Positions 1-7,883 of a stretch of DNA of 64,000 nt are shown here, one piece after another. Position 1 is the stretch's first letter, and every line of letters starts with the position of its first letter. The notes below the pieces were generated by a model. The model saw nothing but the letters and a program-made list of their open reading frames with translations. It had not been told where the DNA came from and did no database searches. The stretch is from the sequence record MN850584.1; one strand, 5' to 3'. Position numbers and translations under genes: made by a program. Source of the DNA: Escherichia phage arall.

Positions 1-89
1 TCGTTGTGTTTAGTGATGATCCAGAAGATTCTTTCCGTATTGTTCTGGAACCAACTATCACCAATGGTGCAACTTTGGCAAGTGTGTTT
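1..89 (+). CDS. 3' end of upstream gene (partial, frame 3; ...VVFSDDPEDSFRIVLEPTITNGATLASVF*)
   Basis: Open frame running into window start, TAA at 87-89, followed by rho-independent terminator at 111-133. Confidence 0.4.
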
Positions 90-110
90 TAAGTAAGCCA
101 GCAAATAAAA

Positions 111-133
111 ACCCGCTTCGGCGGGTTTTCTTG
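111..133 (+). terminator. Rho-independent terminator (ACCCGC-TTCG-GCGGGT + TTTCTT)
   Basis: GC stem with tetraloop followed by T-run; identical copy at 25028-25049. Confidence 0.75.
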
Positions 134-166
134 CATTAATGCCAGATTTAATAAGAGGAGTAGTAG

Positions 167-1360
167 ATGGCAGCACCAAAATCATGGGAACAATATAAAG
201 AAGAGTGTCAACCTATTGCGAATAATAAAGGGATTGAGATCCTAGGATATGTTGAACCGTTTATAGGTTGTGATACGAAAATGATTCTACGCTGTAGGCA
301 GGAACATGAATGGAAGACTTGTAGTATTAGTAATTTCAAGCACGGTAACAGTTGTCCTATCTGTTCTGGTAAGAAGCCGTTAACATGGGAAACAGAATTG
401 CCGATCTTGGAAGAGATAGCACAGAAGAAGGGGTATCAGGTGTTAGGGTACGTTGGAGAATGGAAAGGGAATAAAACAAAACTTGATTTGTTGTGCCATT
501 GTGGGAATAGATGGCAAAGTACAGCAATTCATCAATTTAAAGGCGGTCGAGGTTGTCCACAATGTAGGGGGGAGAATACAAGGAAGGCACTAACAATGTC
601 CGACGATCAACATATTGCAGATTTCTTTTCTACAGGGAAATTTAAGGAAGGCACTATCTTCACTAACACAGGAACACGGAGTAAAGGATGCAGGCATAGT
701 ATCTGGATGGTTGAATGTCCTGTTTGCTCTCATGATGAATATGTTCAAGCAGGTGTTTGTGATGGTAAATTTTACTCTGAAGGAAATAACCTTAAACGAG
801 GGTGCATTCCGTGTCGTTGTGGGAACTATCGGTATACAGAAGACCAGATCACCTATAGGGTAAAAAAGGAAGTAGAAGGGCAAGGGTATGTCTGGGTAGG
901 TTGGATCGGTAAACCGTCTAGAAGTCACGGTAAGTTTAAATATCTTTGTCTTGTGCATGGGGAACAGACAGGGAGGGCTAATAACTTATTAAGCCTCGGT
1001 CAAGGTTGTCCACAGTGTGCTGGTCATAATCAACAGCAATTATATATTAATATTGTTAAAGATAATGATATTATAGTGGCTCTTAAGTTTGGTATAGCTA
1101 AAGATAGTGATAGGCGATTAAATAGTCAAAATAGTTGTAATATGTTTTTTATGGAGCGTATTTGTTTATATGATTTTAGCACAGTGAAACAATGTAAGGC
1201 TGCTGAAAGAGCTATAAAGAAAAAATTAAAAACTGGTATTTTAACGGAAAGAGAGTTGAAAGACGGTTATACAGAAACAGTAAGTGTTTCTGATTTGGAA
1301 AATCTTCAAGAAATTATTACACAACATGGTGGCAAATTAGTATATAATAAGGAGATGTAA
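167..1360 (+). CDS. Cys-rich repeat protein with C-terminal T5orf172/GIY-YIG-like domain (putative homing-endonuclease-like)
   Basis: RBS AGGAG upstream; three ~55-aa modules each ending GCPQC/SCPIC with upstream CxC/CH pairs; C-terminal LYINIV...KFGIAKD...RRL pattern resembles T5orf172/MUG113 fold; motif recall only. Confidence 0.55.
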   Translation: MAAPKSWEQYKEECQPIANNKGIEILGYVEPFIGCDTKMILRCRQEHEWKTCSISNFKHGNSCPICSGKKPLTWETELPILEEIAQKKGYQVLGYVGEWKGNKTKLDLLCHCGNRWQSTAIHQFKGGRGCPQCRGENTRKALTMSDDQHIADFFSTGKFKEGTIFTNTGTRSKGCRHSIWMVECPVCSHDEYVQAGVCDGKFYSEGNNLKRGCIPCRCGNYRYTEDQITYRVKKEVEGQGYVWVGWIGKPSRSHGKFKYLCLVHGEQTGRANNLLSLGQGCPQCAGHNQQQLYINIVKDNDIIVALKFGIAKDSDRRLNSQNSCNMFFMERICLYDFSTVKQCKAAERAIKKKLKTGILTERELKDGYTETVSVSDLENLQEIITQHGGKLVYNKEM

Positions 1361-1912
1361 ATGCGGATTACTGATAAGTATGTGTTCTTCTTTTCGGCAA
1401 AAGATGAATTTAGCAACTGGTATCTATCATCTTTTATTGAACCTTTAGCTCCCAAGTATAATAATTCTATCACAAGTTCTGTCGAATTTACTTGTGTGGA
1501 ACAATATATGATGTGGAGAAAAGCATGTTTGTTTTATGATTACAATATTGCATCTTCTATTTTAACCGGAGATCTAAGATATACAGGAGAAAAAGAACAA
1601 GCATATTATAAGCGACTAGGTAGATTAGTTAAAGATTATGATGAAGACACCTGGACTTCTTTACGGGAGAAGATTGTCAAACGTGGTTTGTATCTTAAAT
1701 ACACACAAAATGAAGATCTCAAAAATAAACTTATTGCTTACGCAGATAAGGAGTTCGTAGAGGCAAGCCCTTATGATTCTATTTATGGTATCAAAATGGG
1801 GATGTGGGATCGGGACGTGGAAAATAAGGATTGTTGGAAAGGACAAAATCTTTTAGGAAAATGGCATACAGACCTTGCTGTTTATCTAAAAACACAATCT
1901 GATATTTCCTGA
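1361..1912 (+). CDS. NADAR (YbiA/DUF1768)-family protein, putative ADP-ribose-processing hydrolase
   Basis: Start overlaps previous stop (TAAATG); N-terminal FFFSAKDEFSNW and internal EQYMMWRKA, ASPYDSIYGIKMG, GQNLLGKWH match NADAR/YbiA conserved blocks. Confidence 0.7.
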   Translation: MRITDKYVFFFSAKDEFSNWYLSSFIEPLAPKYNNSITSSVEFTCVEQYMMWRKACLFYDYNIASSILTGDLRYTGEKEQAYYKRLGRLVKDYDEDTWTSLREKIVKRGLYLKYTQNEDLKNKLIAYADKEFVEASPYDSIYGIKMGMWDRDVENKDCWKGQNLLGKWHTDLAVYLKTQSDIS

Positions 1913-2130
1913 TATTTTGAAAATTTTTATTTTTATAAAAAGGGGTGTGGTTTCATGTACGGAAATCCACCCTCTGAATAATATATCCAGAGTAAATATT
2001 ATTCTGTACTCTGTTAATAAAGTATTTAATTTGTTTGTTGGACTATGGTATCTGATCTTTAAAAGGTATACTATCTCTTAACTACTACTTATAACAGAAC
2101 AGTAAAATCATTTTTATAAAAAGGATAAAA

Positions 2131-2327
2131 TTATTTAAAGTTTTTACAGATTTTTGGATACAAATTTTGAAAATGAAAAGTTCAAGTTTGGTCAAAATTA
2201 TTTAAAGTTTTTGTACGTATTTCTATCCAGATTTTGAAAATGAAAACTTCAATTTTTTAAAAATTCCCCAGTTTATTTAAAGTTTTTTTGCCTTTTTCCG
2301 TAGAAAAATCAAAAATGAAAAGTTCAA
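2131..2327. repeat. Three direct repeats (~55 bp units: TTATTTAAAGTTTTT...TTTTGAAAATGAAAAGTTCAA)
   Basis: Units start at 2131, 2208 and 2273; each ends with TTGAA-N9-TTCAA inverted motif. Confidence 0.8.
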
Positions 2328-2352
2328 TTTCGTGTTTTTATGGGTGTGCGGA

Positions 2353-2409
2353 TGATAATCATTCTCACTAAGAGAATGAGAATCATTAGCAAATGAGAAT
2401 TTTTCTCAT
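2353..2409. promoter_or_regulatory. Cluster of GATAAT/GAGAAT palindromes (TGATAATCATTCTC; GAGAATGAGAATCATT; ATGAGAA-TTT-TTCTCAT)
   Basis: Perfect 7-3-7 inverted repeat at 2393-2409 plus overlapping dyads; same TGATAATCATTCT motif recurs at 12237, 12295, 13148. Confidence 0.6.
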
Positions 2410-2672
2410 TTAGAGAATAACGCGCAGGGGTGGTGTTTGTCTCGCGCTCCCGTGTCCCCTCGCCATACAATAAGAATAGCATAACCAACAACAAAAGCAA
2501 GCGATTATTTTTATCTTTACATTTCTTTACAAATTTATTTTAGACGAGCTACCGGCGATCAACCTTCCAACCAGTGCCCCCTGGTATGTTAGCCCCGCCT
2601 TTACGCCGTGGGGGTGGCGTTTCCTCTTCTGTATGTAAAACAGTATAAGCCCGATCCCTGGGCTTGTCAAGA

Positions 2673-2939
2673 TTATTTTTTGTTTTCTTGCCAGGATAGG
2701 ACACCTAACCAAAAATACATGTCGCCCCGCGCCCCTGGCGGGATCTTGCTTTCCCCGCCGCCACTGCAAGCCCATAGATAACCATTTACGAACGTATCAA
2801 AGTGATCTATCTCTTCCACCTTATGATTGCCCAGGTTGAGAACGGTTTCAACCTTTAAGCCCGTTGCGCTTGCTACCTGGTGCACCGTGCCGCCTTGCCA
2901 GCCCAATGAGTGCATGAGGTGTAAAGTAGTATTTGTCAT
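2673..2939 (-). CDS. Hypothetical protein in GC-rich island
   Basis: 88-aa ORF (MTNTTLHLMHSLGWQGGTVHQV...) with upstream minus-strand promoter-like TTGCTA-17-TATTAT and AAAGGG RBS; local GC clearly higher than flanks. Confidence 0.4.
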   Translation of the reverse strand: MTNTTLHLMHSLGWQGGTVHQVASATGLKVETVLNLGNHKVEEIDHFDTFVNGYLWACSGGGESKIPPGARGDMYFWLGVLSWQENKK

Positions 2940-2985
2940 GGTATCGCCCTTTCTTTGATGTGCGCCCTGGTTGGCGCGGTAGAAA

Positions 2986-3015
2986 GATAATAGCCCTTTC
3001 CTTTATAGATAGCAA
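2986..3015 (-). promoter_or_regulatory. Sigma70-like promoter (TTGCTA-17-TATTAT) for 2673..2939
   Basis: Consensus-like hexamers on minus strand, divergent from + strand promoter at 3056. Confidence 0.4.
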
Positions 3016-3055
3016 GCAAAAAAAAAGAAATGAAAAAAAGATTAAAAAAAAGGGG

Positions 3056-3084
3056 TTGACGTTCCTCACCTGGTAGCGTATTAT
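3056..3084 (+). promoter_or_regulatory. Sigma70-like promoter (TTGACG-17-TATTAT)
   Basis: Hexamers with 17-nt spacer; divergent partner of minus promoter. Confidence 0.45.
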
Positions 3085-3211
3085 TCATCTTGTCGAGGGG
3101 GGCGAGGCACAACGACAATAAACAAAAGGAGGGCGCAATGTAGGACGGGCAAAGGTGAGGATCTCCATAATCCACCGTCACAATAACATTACTTATAAAA
3201 GGTTGATAACG

Positions 3212-3307
3212 ATGATCAAGAAAGAAAACAGCTTGACGGTTGGAACGATTAACGCTATCATTCTAGCCGTTCCATTTTGGGTTGTAGTAGCGGTTATTAT
3301 CTTTTAA
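3212..3307 (+). CDS. Small hydrophobic peptide (31 aa, MIKKENSLTVGTINAIILAVPFWVVVAVIIF)
   Basis: ATG with AAAGG upstream, single predicted TM helix. Confidence 0.3.
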   Translation: MIKKENSLTVGTINAIILAVPFWVVVAVIIF

Positions 3308-3315
3308 AAATATTC

Positions 3316-3371
3316 TTGACAACGTTTTTTAATCTGATAAGATGTATCACATAGGGCGGCAATAGTGCCGC
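3316..3371 (+). promoter_or_regulatory. Early promoter cassette: TTGACA-16-TAAGAT + 5' hairpin GCGGCA-ATAG-TGCCGC
   Basis: Conserved module CAC-ATAGGGCGG-hairpin then AACAGAAGAGA leader and ATG at 3396. Confidence 0.7.
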
Positions 3372-3395
3372 TCATAACAGAAGAGAGAAATAATC

Positions 3396-3668
3396 ATGGC
3401 ATCATATAGCGCATCAATGATCGTAATGGGTATCACTGGTAAACCTATGCGCGGTGGCGGATCTTTCGCTAACATCAATATTGATGGGCGTTTATCCCTG
3501 GATGCAGCGATCACCGTGGCACGGGAAACATTTAAAAAAGAATGTAATTTCAATAAACAAGATTATCTCGGTTTCGCTATTGAAAAAACCGCGCGCTTTG
3601 TTGATTATAAAAGCCCGAAAATGGTTGATACTACACTAAAAGCGCAAGATGTAGCATTTTTGCTTTAA
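3396..3668 (+). CDS. Hypothetical early protein (90 aa)
   Basis: ORF directly downstream of promoter-hairpin cassette with A/G-rich RBS. Confidence 0.6.
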   Translation: MASYSASMIVMGITGKPMRGGGSFANINIDGRLSLDAAITVARETFKKECNFNKQDYLGFAIEKTARFVDYKSPKMVDTTLKAQDVAFLL

Positions 3669-3671
3669 GGC

Positions 3672-3732
3672 TTGACACTGAAAAATAATTTGGTAATATA
3701 TACTACATAGGGCGGGGAAATGGTTTCCCGCC
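3672..3732 (+). promoter_or_regulatory. Early promoter cassette: TTGACA-16-TAATAT + hairpin GCGGGGAAA-TGG-TTTCCCGC
   Basis: Same module as 3316. Confidence 0.7.
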
Positions 3733-3754
3733 AAATCAAAGAAAGGGTAACACA

Positions 3755-4117
3755 ATGAGCAAGCAAATCAATACTATCATGTTAAACCTGGTATCTTTCC
3801 GCGACGACGTGAAAAATCTTCCACGTGATGCAGTGGATGCACGTATCGAAAGCTATCGCTCACAGATCGCAACGCTACCGCTAAAACGTGATCAACATGC
3901 CGCTAATATGATGCTTAATGCTATGCTTAAAAAGATGATTCAATGTGATCTTACCCTGGCTTATGAATATGCTGGCGATCTCTTTGTAACATATAGCAAG
4001 CCCGTACCAGGTATGAGCACAACCGAAGAATTGCATGCCTTAAATCTGCGACAAGATGCATGGGATAACATGCGCCGTGTTATGGTATGGGTAGAAAGCG
4101 GTAAAATTTACGAATAA
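3755..4117 (+). CDS. Hypothetical early protein (120 aa)
   Basis: ORF after cassette, RBS AAGGG. Confidence 0.6.
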   Translation: MSKQINTIMLNLVSFRDDVKNLPRDAVDARIESYRSQIATLPLKRDQHAANMMLNAMLKKMIQCDLTLAYEYAGDLFVTYSKPVPGMSTTEELHALNLRQDAWDNMRRVMVWVESGKIYE

Positions 4118-4123
4118 AAACGG

Positions 4124-4176
4124 TTGACATTGCACTAAAACCTGATAAGCTATCTTAAAGCGGGAATAGTTCCCGC
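4124..4176 (+). promoter_or_regulatory. Early promoter cassette: TTGACA-16-TAAGCT + hairpin GCGGGAA-TAG-TTCCCGC
   Basis: Module variant with compensatory stem. Confidence 0.65.
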
Positions 4177-4195
4177 TTACATAGGATAAAACTTT

Positions 4196-4342
4196 ATGAA
4201 ACAATATGTAATGAGTATTCACACCAAAAACGGCGCTACTGTTACGACTCCGGCACGGTTTGCACTTGTAAACCGTTGCAAGAGACTAAAACGAGAGCTA
4301 AAAAACAACCGTGCAACGGGCTTTAAACGCTGGGGAGGATAA
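4196..4342 (+). CDS. Small basic protein (48 aa)
   Basis: ATG 20 nt after hairpin; stop precedes GGAGG RBS of next ORF. Confidence 0.45.
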   Translation: MKQYVMSIHTKNGATVTTPARFALVNRCKRLKRELKNNRATGFKRWGG

Positions 4343-4344
4343 TC

Positions 4345-4605
4345 TTGTTTTTTCTAAAAGTTTTTGATAATGTGATCGCTTTTGAACATGCTGCAACGTT
4401 CAACCTGGCGAGATACGCTATCAGGTTTAAAGATAATGTTTATCCCCGTGCTGGTGGCGGTTACACTATCTTTAATCATCGTAACGCTCAATTAACGGAT
4501 ATAACGAATCCAGATCCTGGAGTGTATCGCATAGGTTGGCTACCGTCAAAAGACGCGGCAAGCATGTTTAAGGTATGTAAACTACTAACAGAAGAGGCAA
4601 ATTAG
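4345..4605 (+). CDS. Hypothetical protein (86 aa), probable TTG start
   Basis: GGAGGA 6 nt upstream of TTG at 4345; no in-frame ATG near RBS. Confidence 0.5.
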   Translation: MFFLKVFDNVIAFEHAATFNLARYAIRFKDNVYPRAGGGYTIFNHRNAQLTDITNPDPGVYRIGWLPSKDAASMFKVCKLLTEEAN

Positions 4606-4606
4606 C

Positions 4607-5161
4607 ATGGGGCGTGAGTATGTGATCCAGTCCTGGGTAAAGCATGACGCTAATGATCCGCGCATAATACCAGATGACATGATCGATCACATGGTAGGGT
4701 ATAGCGGGGAGCAGATAGGAAATCGAGCGGCAAAGAGCAACGGCAACACAAAGGCGCGATCCGTTCGCCCTGGTTGGCTGGCAAATGGTAACGCTGACAT
4801 TACAAGCGCCGCAGATCCAAGCGATGACGCTAAAAATAATCCCTTATACAGCATTGATCCGGCTTTTAAGGTGTTAGAAGAATATCCCGCTAAATTAGCC
4901 GCACTAGATAAAGCATACGAAGAAAAACGGGTGGCATGGACTGTATACAACACCGCTAAAATGGTGCTAGATGCAAAATTGATTAAAGCCCAGGAGAAGA
5001 TCAATAAACTTGTTACCATAGCGCAAGAGGAAGACCAGGACGACCAGGAGGAAGAGGAAGAAATCATGCCTATCCTGGAAGAGGAAGAGATCCAGCCATA
5101 CATGCCGACGGAAGAGGAAAAAAGACAAGCCTTAAAAAATTACGAAAATTGTATTGTGTAA
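4607..5161 (+). CDS. Hypothetical protein with strongly acidic C-terminal tail (EDQDDQEEEEEIMPILEEEEIQ)
   Basis: Start overlaps previous stop (TAGCATG); 184 aa. Confidence 0.6.
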   Translation: MGREYVIQSWVKHDANDPRIIPDDMIDHMVGYSGEQIGNRAAKSNGNTKARSVRPGWLANGNADITSAADPSDDAKNNPLYSIDPAFKVLEEYPAKLAALDKAYEEKRVAWTVYNTAKMVLDAKLIKAQEKINKLVTIAQEEDQDDQEEEEEIMPILEEEEIQPYMPTEEEKRQALKNYENCIV

Positions 5162-5164
5162 GGC

Positions 5165-5220
5165 TTGACATATGCAAACAAGCCCCGTAATATGTACCAC
5201 ATAAAGCGGGGCAACGCCCC
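5165..5220 (+). promoter_or_regulatory. Early promoter cassette: TTGACA-17-TAATAT + hairpin GGGGC-AAC-GCCCC
   Basis: Module variant. Confidence 0.6.
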
Positions 5221-5242
5221 ATAAGGTGAAATAAAAAATCAC

Positions 5243-5270
5243 TTGACACCTGAAATCAGTAAGCTATAAT
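5243..5270 (+). promoter_or_regulatory. Sigma70 consensus promoter TTGACA-16-TATAAT (no hairpin)
   Basis: Near-perfect hexamers upstream of 5308. Confidence 0.7.
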
Positions 5271-5307
5271 GCTTATATAAATTAAAGCGTTACTAAGGAA
5301 TAAAATC

Positions 5308-5673
5308 ATGGCTAAAAATATCAATGTTTCTGCTTATGCTACCCTGGCTAACACTGCTAAAATTGAACTATCCAGCATTGAAGCGGTACATATTAGCGCC
5401 CGTCGCTGGTTTCAAAAGTCTTATGGTAATACTTATTTCTCTTTGATGGTTGACGTTGAGATCGGCGGTAAATTGGTCGAAGTGGTTAACGTTCCGTTTC
5501 AATATGGTTATGGTGATCATTTTGATACCGTCGCCCTGGAAGAGTTTAGCAAGGTTATCAACCTGGAAGGTAAAGACTTTTCAAATTATGCTTACCTTTC
5601 CCGTTTTTGCCGTGACAATGGGATCGCTGTATACAGTCATGCAAGCGATGTTAAACGTAAAAAAGATTTATAA
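5308..5673 (+). CDS. Hypothetical early protein (121 aa)
   Basis: RBS AAGGAATAAAATC-ATG; downstream of tandem promoters. Confidence 0.6.
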   Translation: MAKNINVSAYATLANTAKIELSSIEAVHISARRWFQKSYGNTYFSLMVDVEIGGKLVEVVNVPFQYGYGDHFDTVALEEFSKVINLEGKDFSNYAYLSRFCRDNGIAVYSHASDVKRKKDL

Positions 5674-5679
5674 AAAGCA

Positions 5680-5737
5680 TTGACAGCACGAATAAAAAGC
5701 ATATAATACTTATATCGAGAGCGGGAATAGTTCCCGC
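5680..5737 (+). promoter_or_regulatory. Early promoter cassette: TTGACA-16-TATAAT + hairpin GCGGGAA-TAG-TTCCCGC
   Basis: Module. Confidence 0.7.
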
Positions 5738-5761
5738 CTCACTGAAAAAGAGATTAACATC

Positions 5762-6001
5762 ATGGCTAAATCTAAAATGTACAACGGTCACAAAAATAAA
5801 ACTCATTGGAATGTAAGCCTTTGGATCAACAACGATGAAGGTTTTTATAATCTTGCGCGTGAATTTATCGCAGCTAACACCAATAAGAATGACGCAGCGC
5901 GTGATATGATGTTATTTCTTGAAAGTATGGATCAAGATAAAACGCCAGACGGATTCAAGTTCAGTAAAACCGCGATCCGTGCCGCTATGGTTGGAATGTA
6001 A
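5762..6001 (+). CDS. Hypothetical early protein (79 aa)
   Basis: ORF after cassette. Confidence 0.6.
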   Translation: MAKSKMYNGHKNKTHWNVSLWINNDEGFYNLAREFIAANTNKNDAARDMMLFLESMDQDKTPDGFKFSKTAIRAAMVGM

Positions 6002-6096
6002 AGGAGACATAAAAATGAAACATCGTTCGACCTATCTCACAAAACGTTTTAGCTTAGATCATAAATTGGGCTACTACGGAAGAAATAGAAAATAAT

Positions 6097-6155
6097 TTGA
6101 CAACGTTTTAAATTAGTGTAAGATATATCACATAAGGCGGGAAATGGTTTCCCGC
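6097..6155 (+). promoter_or_regulatory. Early promoter cassette: TTGACA-16-TAAGAT + hairpin GCGGGAAA-TGG-TTTCCCGC
   Basis: Module. Confidence 0.7.
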
Positions 6156-6178
6156 CAAATCAAAGAAAGGTTATAATT

Positions 6179-6406
6179 ATGGCTATCGTTATTGTTCGCG
6201 TATCCGGTACGGTTGGAAGCTCCCAGGTAGTAGCAGTTATCACAGAGAAGAAAGGGGATGATCTTCACTCTTCCTTGAATAGCTGGGCGGTCGCTAATTT
6301 TGGTCAGTGGTCGAGCGTCGAGTATATCGAATCCTACCAGGTGCCAACGATTAGCCTGACCGATCTCAACGTTGATCGTCTGTTATGCCTGGATGAATTA
6401 ATCTGA
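6179..6406 (+). CDS. Hypothetical early protein (75 aa)
   Basis: ORF after cassette. Confidence 0.6.
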   Translation: MAIVIVRVSGTVGSSQVVAVITEKKGDDLHSSLNSWAVANFGQWSSVEYIESYQVPTISLTDLNVDRLLCLDELI

Positions 6407-6415
6407 AAAAGATTG

Positions 6416-6471
6416 TTGACACGGGAAAGAAAAAGAGTAAACTGTATTACATAGGGCGGCAATAGTGCCGC
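6416..6471 (+). promoter_or_regulatory. Early promoter cassette: TTGACA-16-TAAACT + hairpin GCGGCA-ATAG-TGCCGC
   Basis: Near-identical to cassette at 3316. Confidence 0.7.
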
Positions 6472-6496
6472 TCATAACAGAAGAGAGATTATCACG

Positions 6497-6712
6497 ATGG
6501 CTAATATCCGCACACTGTTAAAAAATGCAAAGCAAGTTTTATTTTCAGATGACGAATATTTTAATAAAGATATCACAGGCGTGAAAAATCTTAAAGATGT
6601 GAAAGATGTGATAGGTATTCGCGGATCTTTACGTAAAGGTGACACATACGGTAACAAGGTGCAATATAAGTTAGATCAGTTTTATGATTTTACTTTGACA
6701 ATTATTTCATAA
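6497..6712 (+). CDS. Hypothetical early protein (71 aa)
   Basis: ORF after cassette. Confidence 0.6.
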   Translation: MANIRTLLKNAKQVLFSDDEYFNKDITGVKNLKDVKDVIGIRGSLRKGDTYGNKVQYKLDQFYDFTLTIIS

Positions 6713-6718
6713 AACCGC

Positions 6719-6779
6719 TTGCAATCTTAATAAAATAAAGTAAACTAAATTCATCAAGGCGGTGGAATAGCCCACCGCC
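6719..6779 (+). promoter_or_regulatory. Early promoter cassette: TTGCAA-16-TAAACT + hairpin GGCGGTGG-AATAGC-CCACCGCC
   Basis: Module with different stem sequence (covariation). Confidence 0.6.
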
Positions 6780-6803
6780 TAACAAAGAGAAGAGGAAAAT
6801 ATC

Positions 6804-6974
6804 ATGATCACTTTCGCCACCCGTGAAGCCGCTCGCAACGTTGCACGTAAAGTTAACGCCGCCAACCTGGGCGCTACGCTTAAAGCCCCGGTGAAAGATG
6901 AATCAGGTAAATGGATCTTCCCTGGTCTGCGTCACGCTGATAAGCTGGGAACGTTAACGCTAAAAAATAAATAA
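6804..6974 (+). CDS. Small protein (56 aa, MITFATREAARNVARKVNAAN...)
   Basis: ATG 25 nt after hairpin with AGAGGAAAAT RBS; below ORF-track size cut-off. Confidence 0.5.
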   Translation: MITFATREAARNVARKVNAANLGATLKAPVKDESGKWIFPGLRHADKLGTLTLKNK

Positions 6975-6981
6975 GATCCGC

Positions 6982-7039
6982 TTGACAGTAGCATCATTTA
7001 TAAGTAAAGTAACAACAACGGCGGGAAATGGTTTCCCGC
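6982..7039 (+). promoter_or_regulatory. Early promoter cassette: TTGACA-17-TAAAGT + hairpin GCGGGAAA-TGG-TTTCCCGC
   Basis: Module. Confidence 0.7.
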
Positions 7040-7060
7040 CATCAATAAAGAGATAAAATC

Positions 7061-7420
7061 ATGAAATCAGTAAAAGCAATTAAAACCTACATTGTGTCGG
7101 CTATTTCTTTTGAAGGTACTACAACAGAAAAAGAAAAGATCACCGAACTGATGCGCCGTTTTAACTCTGAATACTGGTATCCCGATAATCAAAAACGTTA
7201 CAATTATAACGTGATCAAGGCGATAGCCTCATGGTTACAAGGTTTACCGTCAGACATTAACATCGCCTTTGATTATAACGAGATTGATCATTTATTAATT
7301 GAATGGAAGTACATAAAAGAAACAAGCAAAGAAACAACCGTTACCCGTGAGCGGGAAAATTATTGGTTATATATTGCAAGCATGATCGTAATCCTGGCAA
7401 AACAGCATAACGTGGCGTAA
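7061..7420 (+). CDS. Hypothetical early protein (119 aa)
   Basis: ORF after cassette. Confidence 0.6.
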   Translation: MKSVKAIKTYIVSAISFEGTTTEKEKITELMRRFNSEYWYPDNQKRYNYNVIKAIASWLQGLPSDINIAFDYNEIDHLLIEWKYIKETSKETTVTRERENYWLYIASMIVILAKQHNVA

Positions 7421-7435
7421 TTAAGAGGAAGAAAC

Positions 7436-7573
7436 ATGAACGCATCACAGCAGATCGAAAAATTCAACCGCAGCAAGGCGCGTAAAGATTGGAACGAAGA
7501 GATCACCAAAAAAGGCGACAAGCGGAACAAAACAAAGAGAGATCGCAGCACAAAAAGATACTGGAACGAATAA
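7436..7573 (+). CDS. Small lysine/arginine-rich protein (45 aa)
   Basis: AAGAGGAAGAAAC-ATG; ends just before terminator. Confidence 0.45.
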   Translation: MNASQQIEKFNRSKARKDWNEEITKKGDKRNKTKRDRSTKRYWNE

Positions 7574-7580
7574 CAAAAAA

Positions 7581-7603
7581 GGGCGCAATAAGCGCCCTTT
7601 TAG
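7581..7603 (+). terminator. Rho-independent terminator (GGGCGC-AATAA-GCGCCC + TTTT)
   Basis: GC stem + T-run. Confidence 0.7.
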
Positions 7604-7692
7604 CTTATATAGAGGCTTGTTACCCATAGGCAATGGTAACGCCAGGATAAGCCTATAAATCAACGTTAAACGGCTTTACAGGAGCTTTAAAA

Positions 7693-7875
7693 ATGAAATT
7701 AGACGAAATAAGCAAGGCACTAGCCCAGGGGCAAAGGTTATGCGCCCGATATCGTGATCAATATGGCTTCATAACTAGCGGCGTGATCCTGGGGATTGAA
7801 GGCAATAAGATTTTTATTGACACGTTGAAAAACGTTGTATATAGTGACAATATAATCTCAATAAAACATATATGA
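7693..7875 (+). CDS. Hypothetical protein (60 aa)
   Basis: ORF with RBS AGGAG. Confidence 0.5.
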   Translation: MKLDEISKALAQGQRLCARYRDQYGFITSGVILGIEGNKIFIDTLKNVVYSDNIISIKHI

Positions 7876-7883
7876 GGCAAGAA

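Noticed and set aside
590-958. Minus-strand 122-aa ORF and plus-strand 82-aa ORF (615..863) inside the 167..1360 gene
   Set aside because: They lie entirely within a longer ORF that has a good RBS, and they lack their own translation signals. They are likely frame artefacts.
2131-2327. Direct repeats considered as a CRISPR array
   Set aside because: There are only three AT-rich units with irregular spacing, the units are partly palindromic, and no cas genes are present. They are more like iterons or regulatory repeats.
2527-3181. Cluster of four overlapping minus-strand ORFs in the GC-rich island
   Set aside because: They overlap one another. Only 2673..2939 has a plausible promoter and RBS, and the others look like GC-driven open frames.
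4687-5103. Minus-strand Ser-rich 138-aa ORF
   Set aside because: It is antisense to the acidic tail of 4607..5161. The low-complexity mirror translation is typical of spurious ORFs.
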